Assembly (NCBI GenBank): GCA_046290465.1
Contig: JBKAGP010000001.1
Coordinates: 4,416,001-4,480,000, forward strand
DNA: 64,000 nt
Direction: 5' to 3'
Source: Planctomycetota bacterium
GTDB lineage: Bacteria; Planctomycetota; UBA1135; UBA2386
The notes below the pieces were generated by a model. It was not told the origin of the DNA. It worked only from the letters and a program-made list of their open reading frames with translations, and ran no database searches. This document shows positions 18,735-28,828 of this stretch, piece by piece. The number at the start of each line of letters is the position of its first letter. The stretch's first letter is position 1. Made by a program: the position numbers and the translations under genes.

Positions 18735-19703
18735 CTATCGGTGTCGGAGCACCGGGCAGAGGGAGGCGAGGCGCGATTCGTACAGCGCCGCGAACGTCGC
18801 CGGCGCCTCGGCGAACGGCACCGGCTCGTCGAGCAGCAGGTCGAGGTGGTGGTCCAGCAGCAGGTCCAGAACGGCGCGGCGACGGGCGGTGTGGCCCTGT
18901 TGGCGATGGCTGCGTGCGATCGTCCCGACCTGCGACGCGACCAGGCGCTTGCGCTGCGAATGGAAGGTCCCGCCCAGCCGGATCGACACCGGCTGGTCGC
19001 CGTACCACGACAGCTCGACGACCTGACCTTCGAACGCGACCGCGTCGATCGCGAGCTGCAGGCCGGACGCGCTGGCGCTCGTGTGCAGCGCGTGGCGGAA
19101 CGTGCCGCGCGGCACCTCGTCCGGTGCCGCGACGTCGGTCACCCACGGCAGCGCCGCGGCCCGCCGTCGCCGCCGTTCGTCGACGTCGACGACCAGCACG
19201 TTGCCGAGGTCCAGATCCTTCGCCAGCACGAACGCGCACAGCAGGCCGACCGCGCCGGCACCGACGATCACGGTGCGTTCGCCCGGTTCGACGCCGGCGT
19301 CCCAGACGGCGTTGCGCGCCGTCTCGAGGTTGGGGAACAGCGTCGCGCGGGCGTCCGGGACGCCGTTGGGCAGCCAGACGAGTTCGTCGTGGGCCACCAC
19401 CGCGTGCTGTTGGTGCGGACGCATCACGAACGCACGGCGGCCGGCGTCGACGCCATCGCACACCTGCCCGACGAAGCTGTAGCCGTAGAGCAACGGCAGC
19501 GTGAAGCTGCCGAGCATGCCGCGGCAGGCCATCTCGTCGGCGAGCGACGTCGGCACGCGACCGAGCCCGACCAGCCGTTCGGTGCCGGGGCTGATGCCGG
19601 TGCACGAGGCCGCCAGCGTGACCTGGTCGTCGCCGGCCGCCGGCAGCGGCACCTCGCGCAGCGCGCCGCGGCCCGGCGCCTCGATCCAGTATCCGAGGGT
19701 CAT
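18735..19703 (-). CDS. Zinc-binding alcohol dehydrogenase-like (MDR) oxidoreductase
   Basis: GISPGTE, YGYSFVG, ETARNAVWD, GAGAVG, ELSWYG...LGG.FH..R..L..SQVG. Confidence 0.88.
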   Translation of the reverse strand: MTLGYWIEAPGRGALREVPLPAAGDDQVTLAASCTGISPGTERLVGLGRVPTSLADEMACRGMLGSFTLPLLYGYSFVGQVCDGVDAGRRAFVMRPHQQHAVVAHDELVWLPNGVPDARATLFPNLETARNAVWDAGVEPGERTVIVGAGAVGLLCAFVLAKDLDLGNVLVVDVDERRRRRAAALPWVTDVAAPDEVPRGTFRHALHTSASASGLQLAIDAVAFEGQVVELSWYGDQPVSIRLGGTFHSQRKRLVASQVGTIARSHRQQGHTARRRAVLDLLLDHHLDLLLDEPVPFAEAPATFAALYESRLASLCPVLRHR

Positions 19704-20683
19704 GTGCGCGGTCGGCAGGTCAGCAGCACGTGGCCGTCGAGCATCGCGTGGTCCATGTGCACGTGCAGGCCGTCGTCGACGTGGTCGACGGCGGGGAGGC
19801 GCAGGCTCGGCAGCCCGGACCCCAGCACCAGCGCCGCGATGTGCACCTGCAGCAGGTCGACCTGGCCGGCATTCAAGAACGACGACAGCACCCCGGCTCC
19901 GCCTTCGAGGTAGATCGAGTGCACGCCGCGTTCGCGCAGGCGCGCGAGGATCGTCTCGGGGGCGAGCTGTCCGTCGACCGCGGCGATGCGATGCACCCGC
20001 ACGGCGTCGCCGACGTCCAGGGTCGGGCGCATCTCGTCGACGAACACGTCGCATCCGGGCGCCTGCATCAGCGAAAGCTTCGGGCCCTCGGTCAGCGCAC
20101 GGCCGCGGCCACTGATCACGACCCGTCGCGGGTCGGTGCCTTCGACGTGGCGGACCGTGAGCTTGGGGTCGTCGCGCAGCGCGGTGGTCGCGCCGACCAT
20201 CACGCCGTCGAGCAGCGCGCGCATGCGGTGGGCATGGTGTTGGTCCGCGTCGTTGCCGATCCACTGCGACTGGCCGTTCTCGCACGCGATGCGGCCGTCG
20301 ATCGTCTGCGTCACGTGACCGGCGACGAAGCTGGCGCCGCGTCGCCGGGCCCGTTCGGCGCCGATCAGCACCGGCAGGTAGACGCGCGCCGCGGTCGCCA
20401 TCGCCGGATCGAGCGGCGTTGCGCGCTTCTGTTGGATGTCCGGCAGGCCGCGCGCGTCGGTCCGGTAGACGGCCGTCGCGGTGGCGGCGTGCGCGGCGTC
20501 GGCGGCGCCGGGCTCGAGTTCGGCCAGCAGCGAGCCGCTCGTCGCCGCGGCTCGAGACGACGCCGGTTCGCAGCGCCAGCCGTCACGCGGCACGAACGTC
20601 ACCGCGTCGGCGCCGTCGCGGAACCGTTCGCGCGCGGCCAGCAGCGCGGGCCAGGGCAGATCGTCGGAGAGGTCGCAGTTCAT
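19700..20683 (-). CDS. RibD C-terminal-like reductase with N-terminal extension
   Basis: QTIDGRIA..G.SQWI, HRMRA..DGVMVGATT...DDPKLTVR, YLEGGA. No deaminase HAE/PCxxC motif. Confidence 0.88.
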   Translation of the reverse strand: MNCDLSDDLPWPALLAARERFRDGADAVTFVPRDGWRCEPASSRAAATSGSLLAELEPGAADAAHAATATAVYRTDARGLPDIQQKRATPLDPAMATAARVYLPVLIGAERARRRGASFVAGHVTQTIDGRIACENGQSQWIGNDADQHHAHRMRALLDGVMVGATTALRDDPKLTVRHVEGTDPRRVVISGRGRALTEGPKLSLMQAPGCDVFVDEMRPTLDVGDAVRVHRIAAVDGQLAPETILARLRERGVHSIYLEGGAGVLSSFLNAGQVDLLQVHIAALVLGSGLPSLRLPAVDHVDDGLHVHMDHAMLDGHVLLTCRPRT

Positions 20684-20842
20684 CGCAGGTGTGCGCGAGT
20701 TGCGGCGCGGATCGTATCGCCGCCATCGCACCGCGTCGCTGCCGCCGGCGAGGTCGGCAAGGATGCGTTGCCGTGGCGCCGTCGAGACTCCGTCGATCGG
20801 GCGTCGGGATCCCGATCGTGGTGTCGGGGTATGCTGTGAGCG

Positions 20843-21541
20843 GTGGCTTCGAACCCGCTGGGAATCTGGTCGCGCCTGCAGGCGCTGGTCTGGGGCGCGG
20901 CGCTCGTCTGGCTCGCGCTGTTCTCCGCGCCCGCAGGCGGCCGCTTCTACGTCGCAGCCGGCGCCTGTGCCAGCATCGCGACGCTCGCCTGCGTGCTGCG
21001 CGTGCCGTCGACGCCAGCCGACGCGGTCACGTTGCTGCGCGCCCTGCTGCTGGCGATGGCCACCTGCGCCCCGGACTGGCCGGGGCTGGATGCCTTCTCG
21101 ACGTGGATCCTGTTCGCGGTCGCAGCGATGCTCGATCTGGTCGACGGCGCGGTCGCGCGCCGCTTCGGGGCGAGCGATCGCGGCGCCGTGCTCGACATGG
21201 AGGCGGACCAGCTGTCGGTGCTGTGCCTGTCGTGCTCGGTGGTGTTCGGCGGTGGGGCCCCGCATGTGCTGCTGCTGCCGCTGATGCGCTACGCCTTCGT
21301 GCTGGCCGCGTGGTGCGCGGCGTTGCCGGCCAACGATCCGAAGCCCGTCGACGGCGACAACCACCGCGGCCGGCTGGTCTGTGCCGTCGTCGTCGTCGTG
21401 CTGCTGCTGGCGCTGCTGCCGGGCACGCCGCGCTGGACGGCCGACATGCTGACCGGGTCTGCCGTGCTGCTGCTGACCTGGTCGTTCGCAGGCGACTGGG
21501 CGTTCTTGTTCGCGCGCCGCGGACGGGAGGCCCGTTCGTGA
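20843..21541 (+). CDS. CDP-alcohol phosphatidyltransferase family protein
   Basis: Signature DLVDGAVARR...GAVLDMEAD (DxxDGxxAR...GxxxDxxxD); multiple TM segments. Confidence 0.9.
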   Translation: MASNPLGIWSRLQALVWGAALVWLALFSAPAGGRFYVAAGACASIATLACVLRVPSTPADAVTLLRALLLAMATCAPDWPGLDAFSTWILFAVAAMLDLVDGAVARRFGASDRGAVLDMEADQLSVLCLSCSVVFGGGAPHVLLLPLMRYAFVLAAWCAALPANDPKPVDGDNHRGRLVCAVVVVVLLLALLPGTPRWTADMLTGSAVLLLTWSFAGDWAFLFARRGREARS

Positions 21542-22155
21542 ACGCGCCCGAACTCGTGTTGCTCGCCGCCTACGCATCGTTGCTGGTCGAACTGGTGGCG
21601 TTTCCGATCCCGAGCGAGGCCAGCGTCGTGCAGCTCGTCGGCCCCAACGGCGGCGGCGACGCACCGGCCTTGCGCGCCGCGCGCGCGTCGTCGCTGCCGG
21701 TGCGCGTGCTGCGCTACCTGCTGCCGACGGCCGCCTGTGTCGCGTTGTTCCTGCTCCCGCTGCTGGTCGTGTTGGTGCCGTCGACGCGCACGGCCCTGGC
21801 GCCGTGGAGCCACGAAGGTCTGCTCTGGCCGGGCATTGCGCTGGTCGTCGTCGGTCGCGCGGTGACGTTCTGGTCGGTGCTCGACCTGCGCGCAGCCAGG
21901 CGCCGCGACGAGCTGCCCGGCGGCGCGTTCCTGCGCTCGCGCAACCCTGGGCTGGTCGGCATGTTCGTCATGTACGCCGGTCTCTGTGTCGCCGTCGGCG
22001 GCCCCTGGCTGTGGCTCGGCGCCCCGCTCTACCTGGCCAACATGCATGTGCGCGTGCAGCTCGAGGAGGCCAGCCTCGCTGCGCGTTACGGGGCTTGCTG
22101 GCGGGACTATGCCCGCCGCGTGCCGCGCTACCTGCCGTTCTCCGGACTGCGTTGA
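21538..22155 (+). CDS. Isoprenylcysteine carboxyl methyltransferase/PEMT-like membrane methyltransferase
   Basis: RSRNPG...EEASLAARYG..WRDYARRVPRY; GTGA overlap with the previous gene. Confidence 0.85.
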   Translation: MNAPELVLLAAYASLLVELVAFPIPSEASVVQLVGPNGGGDAPALRAARASSLPVRVLRYLLPTAACVALFLLPLLVVLVPSTRTALAPWSHEGLLWPGIALVVVGRAVTFWSVLDLRAARRRDELPGGAFLRSRNPGLVGMFVMYAGLCVAVGGPWLWLGAPLYLANMHVRVQLEEASLAARYGACWRDYARRVPRYLPFSGLR

Positions 22156-22159
22156 TCCC

Positions 22160-22879
22160 GTGCCCGCACCTCCCGTAGCCCAGGACGACGTCGCCGCCTG
22201 GTTCGACGCCACCTACCGCAAGAAGGGGCTCCGCTACCTGCGGCCACCGCGCGCCTACCCGATCTTCCTGCAGCTGCTCGACCTTCAACGCGGCCACCGC
22301 CATCTCGACGTTGCCTGTGGCCCGGGCATGGTGTTGCGCGCGGCCCGCGAGCGCGGCATCGAGGCGAGCGGCGTGGACCTTTCCGAAGCGGCGATCACGC
22401 TCGCGCAGGAGTTGCTGCCGGGGATCGATGCGCGGGTCGGCAACGCCGAGCAGCTGCCGTTCGACGACGGCACCTTCGATGGCGTCACGTGCGTCGGCTC
22501 GCTCGAGCGCTTCCTCGACCGCGAACGCGCGCTGCGCGAGATGGTGCGGGTCGCCCGCCCGGCCGCACGGTTCTGCTTCTTGGTCCGCAACGCCAGCACG
22601 CTCGTCTGGCGCGTCTGGCGCGAGGGCCTGGGCCACCGCGAGGTCGACGGGCACCAGGATGCACAGACGCTCGACGACTGGCGCACATTGTTCGTGCGCT
22701 GCGGGCTGCGCGTCGTGCGCGTGCTGCCGGACCAGTGGCCGCGCCAGCGATGGCGGCAGCTGCTGCCGGGCCAGCGACCCGGACCCGGTCGGCGCGAGCG
22801 CGTCGCCGGTTCGTGGTTGCCGTTGCGATGGTGCAACGAGCTGGTGTTCGTGTTGGAGCGCAGCGAGCTCGATGGCTGA
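22160..22879 (+). CDS. Class I SAM-dependent methyltransferase
   Basis: HLDVACGPG, GVDLS, NAEQLPFDDGTFD, ALREMVRVARP. Confidence 0.9.
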   Translation: MPAPPVAQDDVAAWFDATYRKKGLRYLRPPRAYPIFLQLLDLQRGHRHLDVACGPGMVLRAARERGIEASGVDLSEAAITLAQELLPGIDARVGNAEQLPFDDGTFDGVTCVGSLERFLDRERALREMVRVARPAARFCFLVRNASTLVWRVWREGLGHREVDGHQDAQTLDDWRTLFVRCGLRVVRVLPDQWPRQRWRQLLPGQRPGPGRRERVAGSWLPLRWCNELVFVLERSELDG

Positions 22880-23738
22880 GCGCGGCGCGGTTGCCCTCTA
22901 CGAGTCGCTTGCCCGCTTCCAGTGGCGGCGCGCCCGTCGCGGCGTCGCGCCGGACGCGCTCGAAGGCCTCGAACTCCGCAAGCGTCTGCTGCCACCGGGC
23001 AGCGCCGACGGTCCCGACGACGGCGGCGAAGGTCTGGATCGCTGGCTGCGCGGGCTGGCTGGCGGCTGCGACGGTGCGCGGGTGCTCGACCTCGGCTGCG
23101 GCTTCGGGGTGTCGTTGTTCCGCGCGCTCGATGCCGGAGCCAGCGCCGCCGTCGGGATCACGCCGAGCAGCTACCAGGTCGCGCGCGCCGGCGAGGTCGC
23201 GAACGCGCGCGGCGTGCGGGCGCGGGCGACGTTCGAGGTGCGCTCGATGCACGCGGCGCTGCCGCCGGCGGACCTGGTGCTGGCGATCGAGGCGCTCGGG
23301 CACACCTTCGAGCTGGCCGACGTGTTGCACAACGTCGCCACAGCGCTCGGTGGTGGCGGCCGCTTCCTGTGGCTCGAGGACGTGCTCCGGGACGACCCGG
23401 GCGAAGATCCGGGCCAAGATCCGGACGTGCGTGGCCTCGCTGCCGCGTGGAGCTCGCCGCCGTTGCGCAGGGCCGCTGGTTGCGACGCAGCGCTGCGCGC
23501 CGCGGGCCTGCGCGTCGTCGACGAGTTCGACCTGACCGGGCAGGTGGCCCGGCGTGAGGTCACCGCGATCGACCGTTCGCTGCGGCGGCTGCGCGGGCTG
23601 CTGCGGCTCACGCCGTTGCCGTTCGCCCGCCGCATCCTGCGCGCATTCGTCGGCGGCCTGCACCTCGAACGGCTCTACGCCCGCGGCCTCGCCTGCTACC
23701 GTCTGGTCATGACCGAACGCACACGGGACCGCGCATGA
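22872..23738 (+). CDS. Class I SAM-dependent methyltransferase (sterol/tocopherol MT-like)
   Basis: VLDLGCGFG, GITPSSYQV, DLVLAIEALGH. Confidence 0.85.
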   Translation: MAERGAVALYESLARFQWRRARRGVAPDALEGLELRKRLLPPGSADGPDDGGEGLDRWLRGLAGGCDGARVLDLGCGFGVSLFRALDAGASAAVGITPSSYQVARAGEVANARGVRARATFEVRSMHAALPPADLVLAIEALGHTFELADVLHNVATALGGGGRFLWLEDVLRDDPGEDPGQDPDVRGLAAAWSSPPLRRAAGCDAALRAAGLRVVDEFDLTGQVARREVTAIDRSLRRLRGLLRLTPLPFARRILRAFVGGLHLERLYARGLACYRLVMTERTRDRA

Positions 23739-25378
23739 TCCGACGCTTGCTCTGGTGGCTGTTGGCCCTGGCTCCGCTGTTCGCGGCGATCGGCTGGGCG
23801 ATGTTCTCGGCCGTGTTGCCCGAGGCGCACGCCGCGCGCGAGGCGCTCGGCGACCTGCGCACCACCTGGTCGTTCGCCGATTGGGACCGGACGGACGGCG
23901 GGCCGCTGCACGTCGTCGCGCGGCTGCTGCACCTCGCGGCGCTGCACGTGCCCGGCGCATCGGTGCGGTCTGTCGTCTGGCTCAACGTGCTCTGCGCGGT
24001 GCTGATCGGGTCGACGCTGTTCTCGATCGCGCGGCGATCGTTCCCGTCGGCGAAGTTCGCGTCCGGGCCGCTGCTGATCGCCACGATCGGCCTGCTGGTC
24101 TCGTCCCCGGCCCACGGCAGCAACTGGCTGCACGGCCAACGGGTCGGCGCGTTCCTGGCGCCGCTGCTGCTGGTCGTCGGCCTGTCGTGGCTGCAGGGGC
24201 AGGGCCGCTTCGTGCTGCGTGCGACCGGTGCGCTGCTGCTCGCCGGTCTGGCGCCGCTGTGCCACGCCAACGGCATCGCCGTGTTCCTGGCGATGGTGCC
24301 GGCGCTGTTGGCGCGCTGTCGCAGCGGCAGCACGATCTCGGCGATGGCGTGGCTCGGCGTGTTGCTGGTCGTCGGCAACCTCGCTGCCTGGTACGCGCTG
24401 CGCACGGCCGACGCGTTCGGCGTCGTCGGCGCCGATCTGCTGCACCGCGTCAGCAGCGAACCGCGCGAGATGCTCGGGCTGCTGTTCGCCGAGACCGGCC
24501 GCGCCTGGCTCGACGTCTGGCCGGCGACGCGGATCGACGAGCAGGCGATCGGCCTGTTCAGCTGGTTGCTGCCGGCGCTGCTGATGATCCCGGTCGGCCG
24601 TCGTGACGATGCCGCCCGCCTGCAGGCGGCGCCGTGGTGGGGCTGCCTGTGCTTCGGCCTCGCGGTGACGTTGGTCGCCGGCTTCCGCTACGAGCTGCAG
24701 CCGCCCGTCGGCACGATGCGCGAGGCGACCTACGGCGCGTTCTTGCTGCCGCTCGGGGCCGTCGGTCTGCTGGCGACGCGGTTCGGCGCGTCGCTGCTGC
24801 CGTTCGCCGCGGGCGCGTTCGCGGTGCTGGGCGTGCAGGACTGGCACGGTGGGCTCGAGCAGCTGCGCATCGCGAGGACGCGCGCGGTGCGGGCGGTCGC
24901 CGAGGTCGCGATCGACCCGCAGGGTGTGACGCGGGTGTTCGGCTCCGAGGCCGTGCAGCAGCAGCTGGTCGCGCGCGGCTGGATCCCCGACGAAGCCCCC
25001 ATCGACGCGCGCACCGCTGCGGTCGCCGCGGTGCCACGGCGTCCAGAGGTCGGTCGGTCTACCGGCGGTCGGTCTGCTGGCGGTCGCGTCGACCAACTGC
25101 GCGGGACGGTGCGCAGCTCGCTGCGCGGCGTCACGCCGAGCTGGCTCGGGGCGGTGACCCGGCAAGGGGACGGCGACCCGCAGCTGGTCGCGCAGCACTG
25201 GCCCGACTTCGAAGGCGTCGGCCGCGACGTCGCCTGGAGGATCCCGCTCGATCCGCCGCTGACCGACGGCGTGCGGGTGCGGGTCGTCGCCTGGCTGCCG
25301 GAGGAGCGCGCGTTCGCGGCGGTCGGCCCGCGGTATGTCGTCAGCGGCGGTGCCCTCACGGTCGATAACGGACCGTGA
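23735..25378 (+). CDS. Polytopic membrane protein with C-terminal soluble domain
   Basis: Many hydrophobic segments in the first ~370 aa; 4-bp overlaps with both neighbours. Confidence 0.75.
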   Translation: MIRRLLWWLLALAPLFAAIGWAMFSAVLPEAHAAREALGDLRTTWSFADWDRTDGGPLHVVARLLHLAALHVPGASVRSVVWLNVLCAVLIGSTLFSIARRSFPSAKFASGPLLIATIGLLVSSPAHGSNWLHGQRVGAFLAPLLLVVGLSWLQGQGRFVLRATGALLLAGLAPLCHANGIAVFLAMVPALLARCRSGSTISAMAWLGVLLVVGNLAAWYALRTADAFGVVGADLLHRVSSEPREMLGLLFAETGRAWLDVWPATRIDEQAIGLFSWLLPALLMIPVGRRDDAARLQAAPWWGCLCFGLAVTLVAGFRYELQPPVGTMREATYGAFLLPLGAVGLLATRFGASLLPFAAGAFAVLGVQDWHGGLEQLRIARTRAVRAVAEVAIDPQGVTRVFGSEAVQQQLVARGWIPDEAPIDARTAAVAAVPRRPEVGRSTGGRSAGGRVDQLRGTVRSSLRGVTPSWLGAVTRQGDGDPQLVAQHWPDFEGVGRDVAWRIPLDPPLTDGVRVRVVAWLPEERAFAAVGPRYVVSGGALTVDNGP

Positions 25379-26985
25379 ACCCGACCTGGTCCTGGCGCCG
25401 CGTCGTGGGCCTGGTGCTCGCGCTCGCCTGGCTGCACACGCTCGCGGTCCTGCCGTTGCACGACCCGGCCCTGTGGGCGACTGCCGCCACCGCGCTGCCG
25501 CCGGACCTGCTGCTGTTGCTCGCGGTCGCCGTGATCGGCGGCGCCGCCGGCTGGCCGAAGCGGATCGCGCACGTCGCCGCGTTCGGCATGTTGGTGAGCA
25601 CGTTCTCGCGGGTCTGCGAGGTCGTCAGCGTGTTGGCGTTCCAGAAGGCGTTCGAGCTGGCCGACCTGCCGCGCCTGCACGGACTCTTCGACGCGTGGGC
25701 CAACAAGGCGCCCACCTGGGAGCGCTGGGCCTGGGGTGGTGCGTTGGTCGCCCTGGTGGTCGTGCTCCTCTGGGTGACGTCGCGGGCGTTCCGCGCGGTC
25801 GCGCGAACGGCGATGCGGCCGCGGGTCGCCGGCTGCTGGTTGTTCGTGCTGCAGGCGTTGGTGCTGCTCGGGCTGCTCTGCCCGCAGCGTCCGTTCGAGC
25901 CGTCGCCGCTGCGTCTGCTGGCGGGCAGGTCCTGGGACGCGCTGCGCCTGTGGATCGACCGGGACGCGGTGCTGGCGCCGCTGCGGCTGGAGATCGCCGC
26001 AGGCGAACGCCGCATGCGGGAGACGCCGCACGACCTGCAGCGGCTCGACGGCGCCGACGTCTACCTGCTGGTGCTCGAGTCGTACGGGCGCGTGGCGCTG
26101 CGGCACCCGCAGACCGGACCTGACGTGCGCGCGCTGCTGGCCGGCTTCGAAGCGGACCTGCGCCGCCGCGGCCTGGCTTCCTGCAGCTCTGCGATCGCGC
26201 CGGCGGTCAAGGGCGGCGGCTCGGGGCTGGCGCACGCGGAGCTGCTGACCGGCGTGCGCGTGCCCACCGAACGGGTGCGTGCGATGCTGATGCAGAGCGG
26301 CCTGGTCGCGCTGCCCAAGCGCTTCCGCGAAGCCGGCTACGGGACCTTCGAGCTGTTGCCGGGCATGCCGATCCACTGGCCGGAGGGCGACGCGTTCTAC
26401 GGCGTCGATCGTTCGATCATCCAGAGCGAGCTCGGGTACGACGGCACGCGCTACGACTTCGGCCAGATGCCCGACCAGTTCGCGCTGCAGCGTCTGCTCG
26501 AACGGGTCGTGGTGCCGGCCGAGCGACCGGTGTTCGCGATGTTCGTCGGCGTCAGCAGCCACGCCCCCTGGTCGGCGATCCCGCCGTTCGTCGACGACTG
26601 GCAGATCGACGAACGCACGTTCCTCGGCGGGCCCGCCACGACCCACGACGTGCAGTACCTGTCGATGTTCCGCGACCCCGACGTGCTGCCGGCCTATGTC
26701 GACTCGCTCGGCTACGTGCTGCGCACGAGCTTCGGGTTCGCCGCGCGTCTCGAGCGCCCGTCGATCGTGGTGGTGCTCGGCGACCACCAGCCGCCGATCG
26801 CGGCGTCGGTCTCGCCGCCCGACCGGAGCTTCGACGTGCCGGTGCACCTCGTCAGCAACCGTCCCGAGCTGCTGGATCCCTGGCGCGCGCAGGGCTTCAC
26901 CGACGGCCTCGACGTGCCCGATGCGACCGTGGCCTGGCCGATGGCCGAGTTCGCGGTGCGGCTGCTGCGCGCCTATTCGCGCTGA
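25375..26985 (+). CDS. Membrane-anchored sulfatase/LTA-synthase-like (alkaline phosphatase superfamily) protein
   Basis: About 5 N-terminal TMs, then LLVLESYG, GGGSGLAH, SSHAPW and LGDHQP metal-site motifs. Confidence 0.8.
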   Translation: MNPTWSWRRVVGLVLALAWLHTLAVLPLHDPALWATAATALPPDLLLLLAVAVIGGAAGWPKRIAHVAAFGMLVSTFSRVCEVVSVLAFQKAFELADLPRLHGLFDAWANKAPTWERWAWGGALVALVVVLLWVTSRAFRAVARTAMRPRVAGCWLFVLQALVLLGLLCPQRPFEPSPLRLLAGRSWDALRLWIDRDAVLAPLRLEIAAGERRMRETPHDLQRLDGADVYLLVLESYGRVALRHPQTGPDVRALLAGFEADLRRRGLASCSSAIAPAVKGGGSGLAHAELLTGVRVPTERVRAMLMQSGLVALPKRFREAGYGTFELLPGMPIHWPEGDAFYGVDRSIIQSELGYDGTRYDFGQMPDQFALQRLLERVVVPAERPVFAMFVGVSSHAPWSAIPPFVDDWQIDERTFLGGPATTHDVQYLSMFRDPDVLPAYVDSLGYVLRTSFGFAARLERPSIVVVLGDHQPPIAASVSPPDRSFDVPVHLVSNRPELLDPWRAQGFTDGLDVPDATVAWPMAEFAVRLLRAYSR

Positions 26986-26987
26986 CG

Positions 26988-28036
<1,049 letters not shown>

Positions 28037-28040
<4 letters not shown>

Positions 28041-28828
28041 CGGATCGGGAACCACTGGCGCCGGAGCAGGAACAGCACGACCGCCGACACCAGCAGCAGG
28101 ATCATGCTCAGCGCGATCGCGGCCGACGGCTGCGATTCGAGCGCGTGGAAGACGGCGAGCGGCATCGTGCGCGTGCGTCCCTGAAAGCTGCCGGCGAACG
28201 TGATGGTCGCGCCGAACTCACCGAGCGCCCGCGTCCAGGCGATCAGCAGGCCGGCGCGCAGCGTCGGCGCGATCATCGGCAGCGTGACCGTGCGGAACGC
28301 GCGCCACGGCGTCGCGCCGAGCGTCTGGGCCGCGTCGGCGTAGCGGCGGTCGAAGCCGCGCAGGCCGCCCTCGACCGTCAGCACGAAGAACGGCATCGCG
28401 ACGTAGGTGGTCGCGAGCACCACCGAGCAGGTCGTGAACGGAACCTCGACGCCGAACCAGCGACCGAGTGCGCCGCCGAGCACGCCGTTCTGTCCGAACG
28501 CGAGCAGCAGCGCGATGCCGCCGACGATCGGCGGCAGCACCATCGGCAGCGTCGTGATCACGCGCACGATGCTGCGCAGGGCGCCGTCGCCGTGGGCCAG
28601 CCAGGTCGCGAGCGGCAGCCCGAACCCGACGCACAGCAGCGCCGACGCCAGCGAGCACTGTAGCGACAGCCACAGCGCCGCGACGGTCTCGTCGGCGACC
28701 AGCAGCTCGCCGAGTTCGGCCCACGGCGCTTCGACCGCGAGGCCGACCAGCGGTGCGGCGAACAGCACGACCGAGACGCCGGCGATCGCGACCAGCCAGC
28801 GCGGCAGCGGTGTGCGGTGGTGCCTCAT
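28037..28828 (-). CDS. modB: Molybdate ABC transporter permease
   Basis: LPMVLPPIVGG, RALGEFGATITFAG...TRTMPL. Confidence 0.92.

Noticed and set aside
18330..20683. Calling these genes queD and ribD
   Set aside because: The QueD catalytic motif and the RibD deaminase domain are absent, and no que or rib operon genes are nearby.
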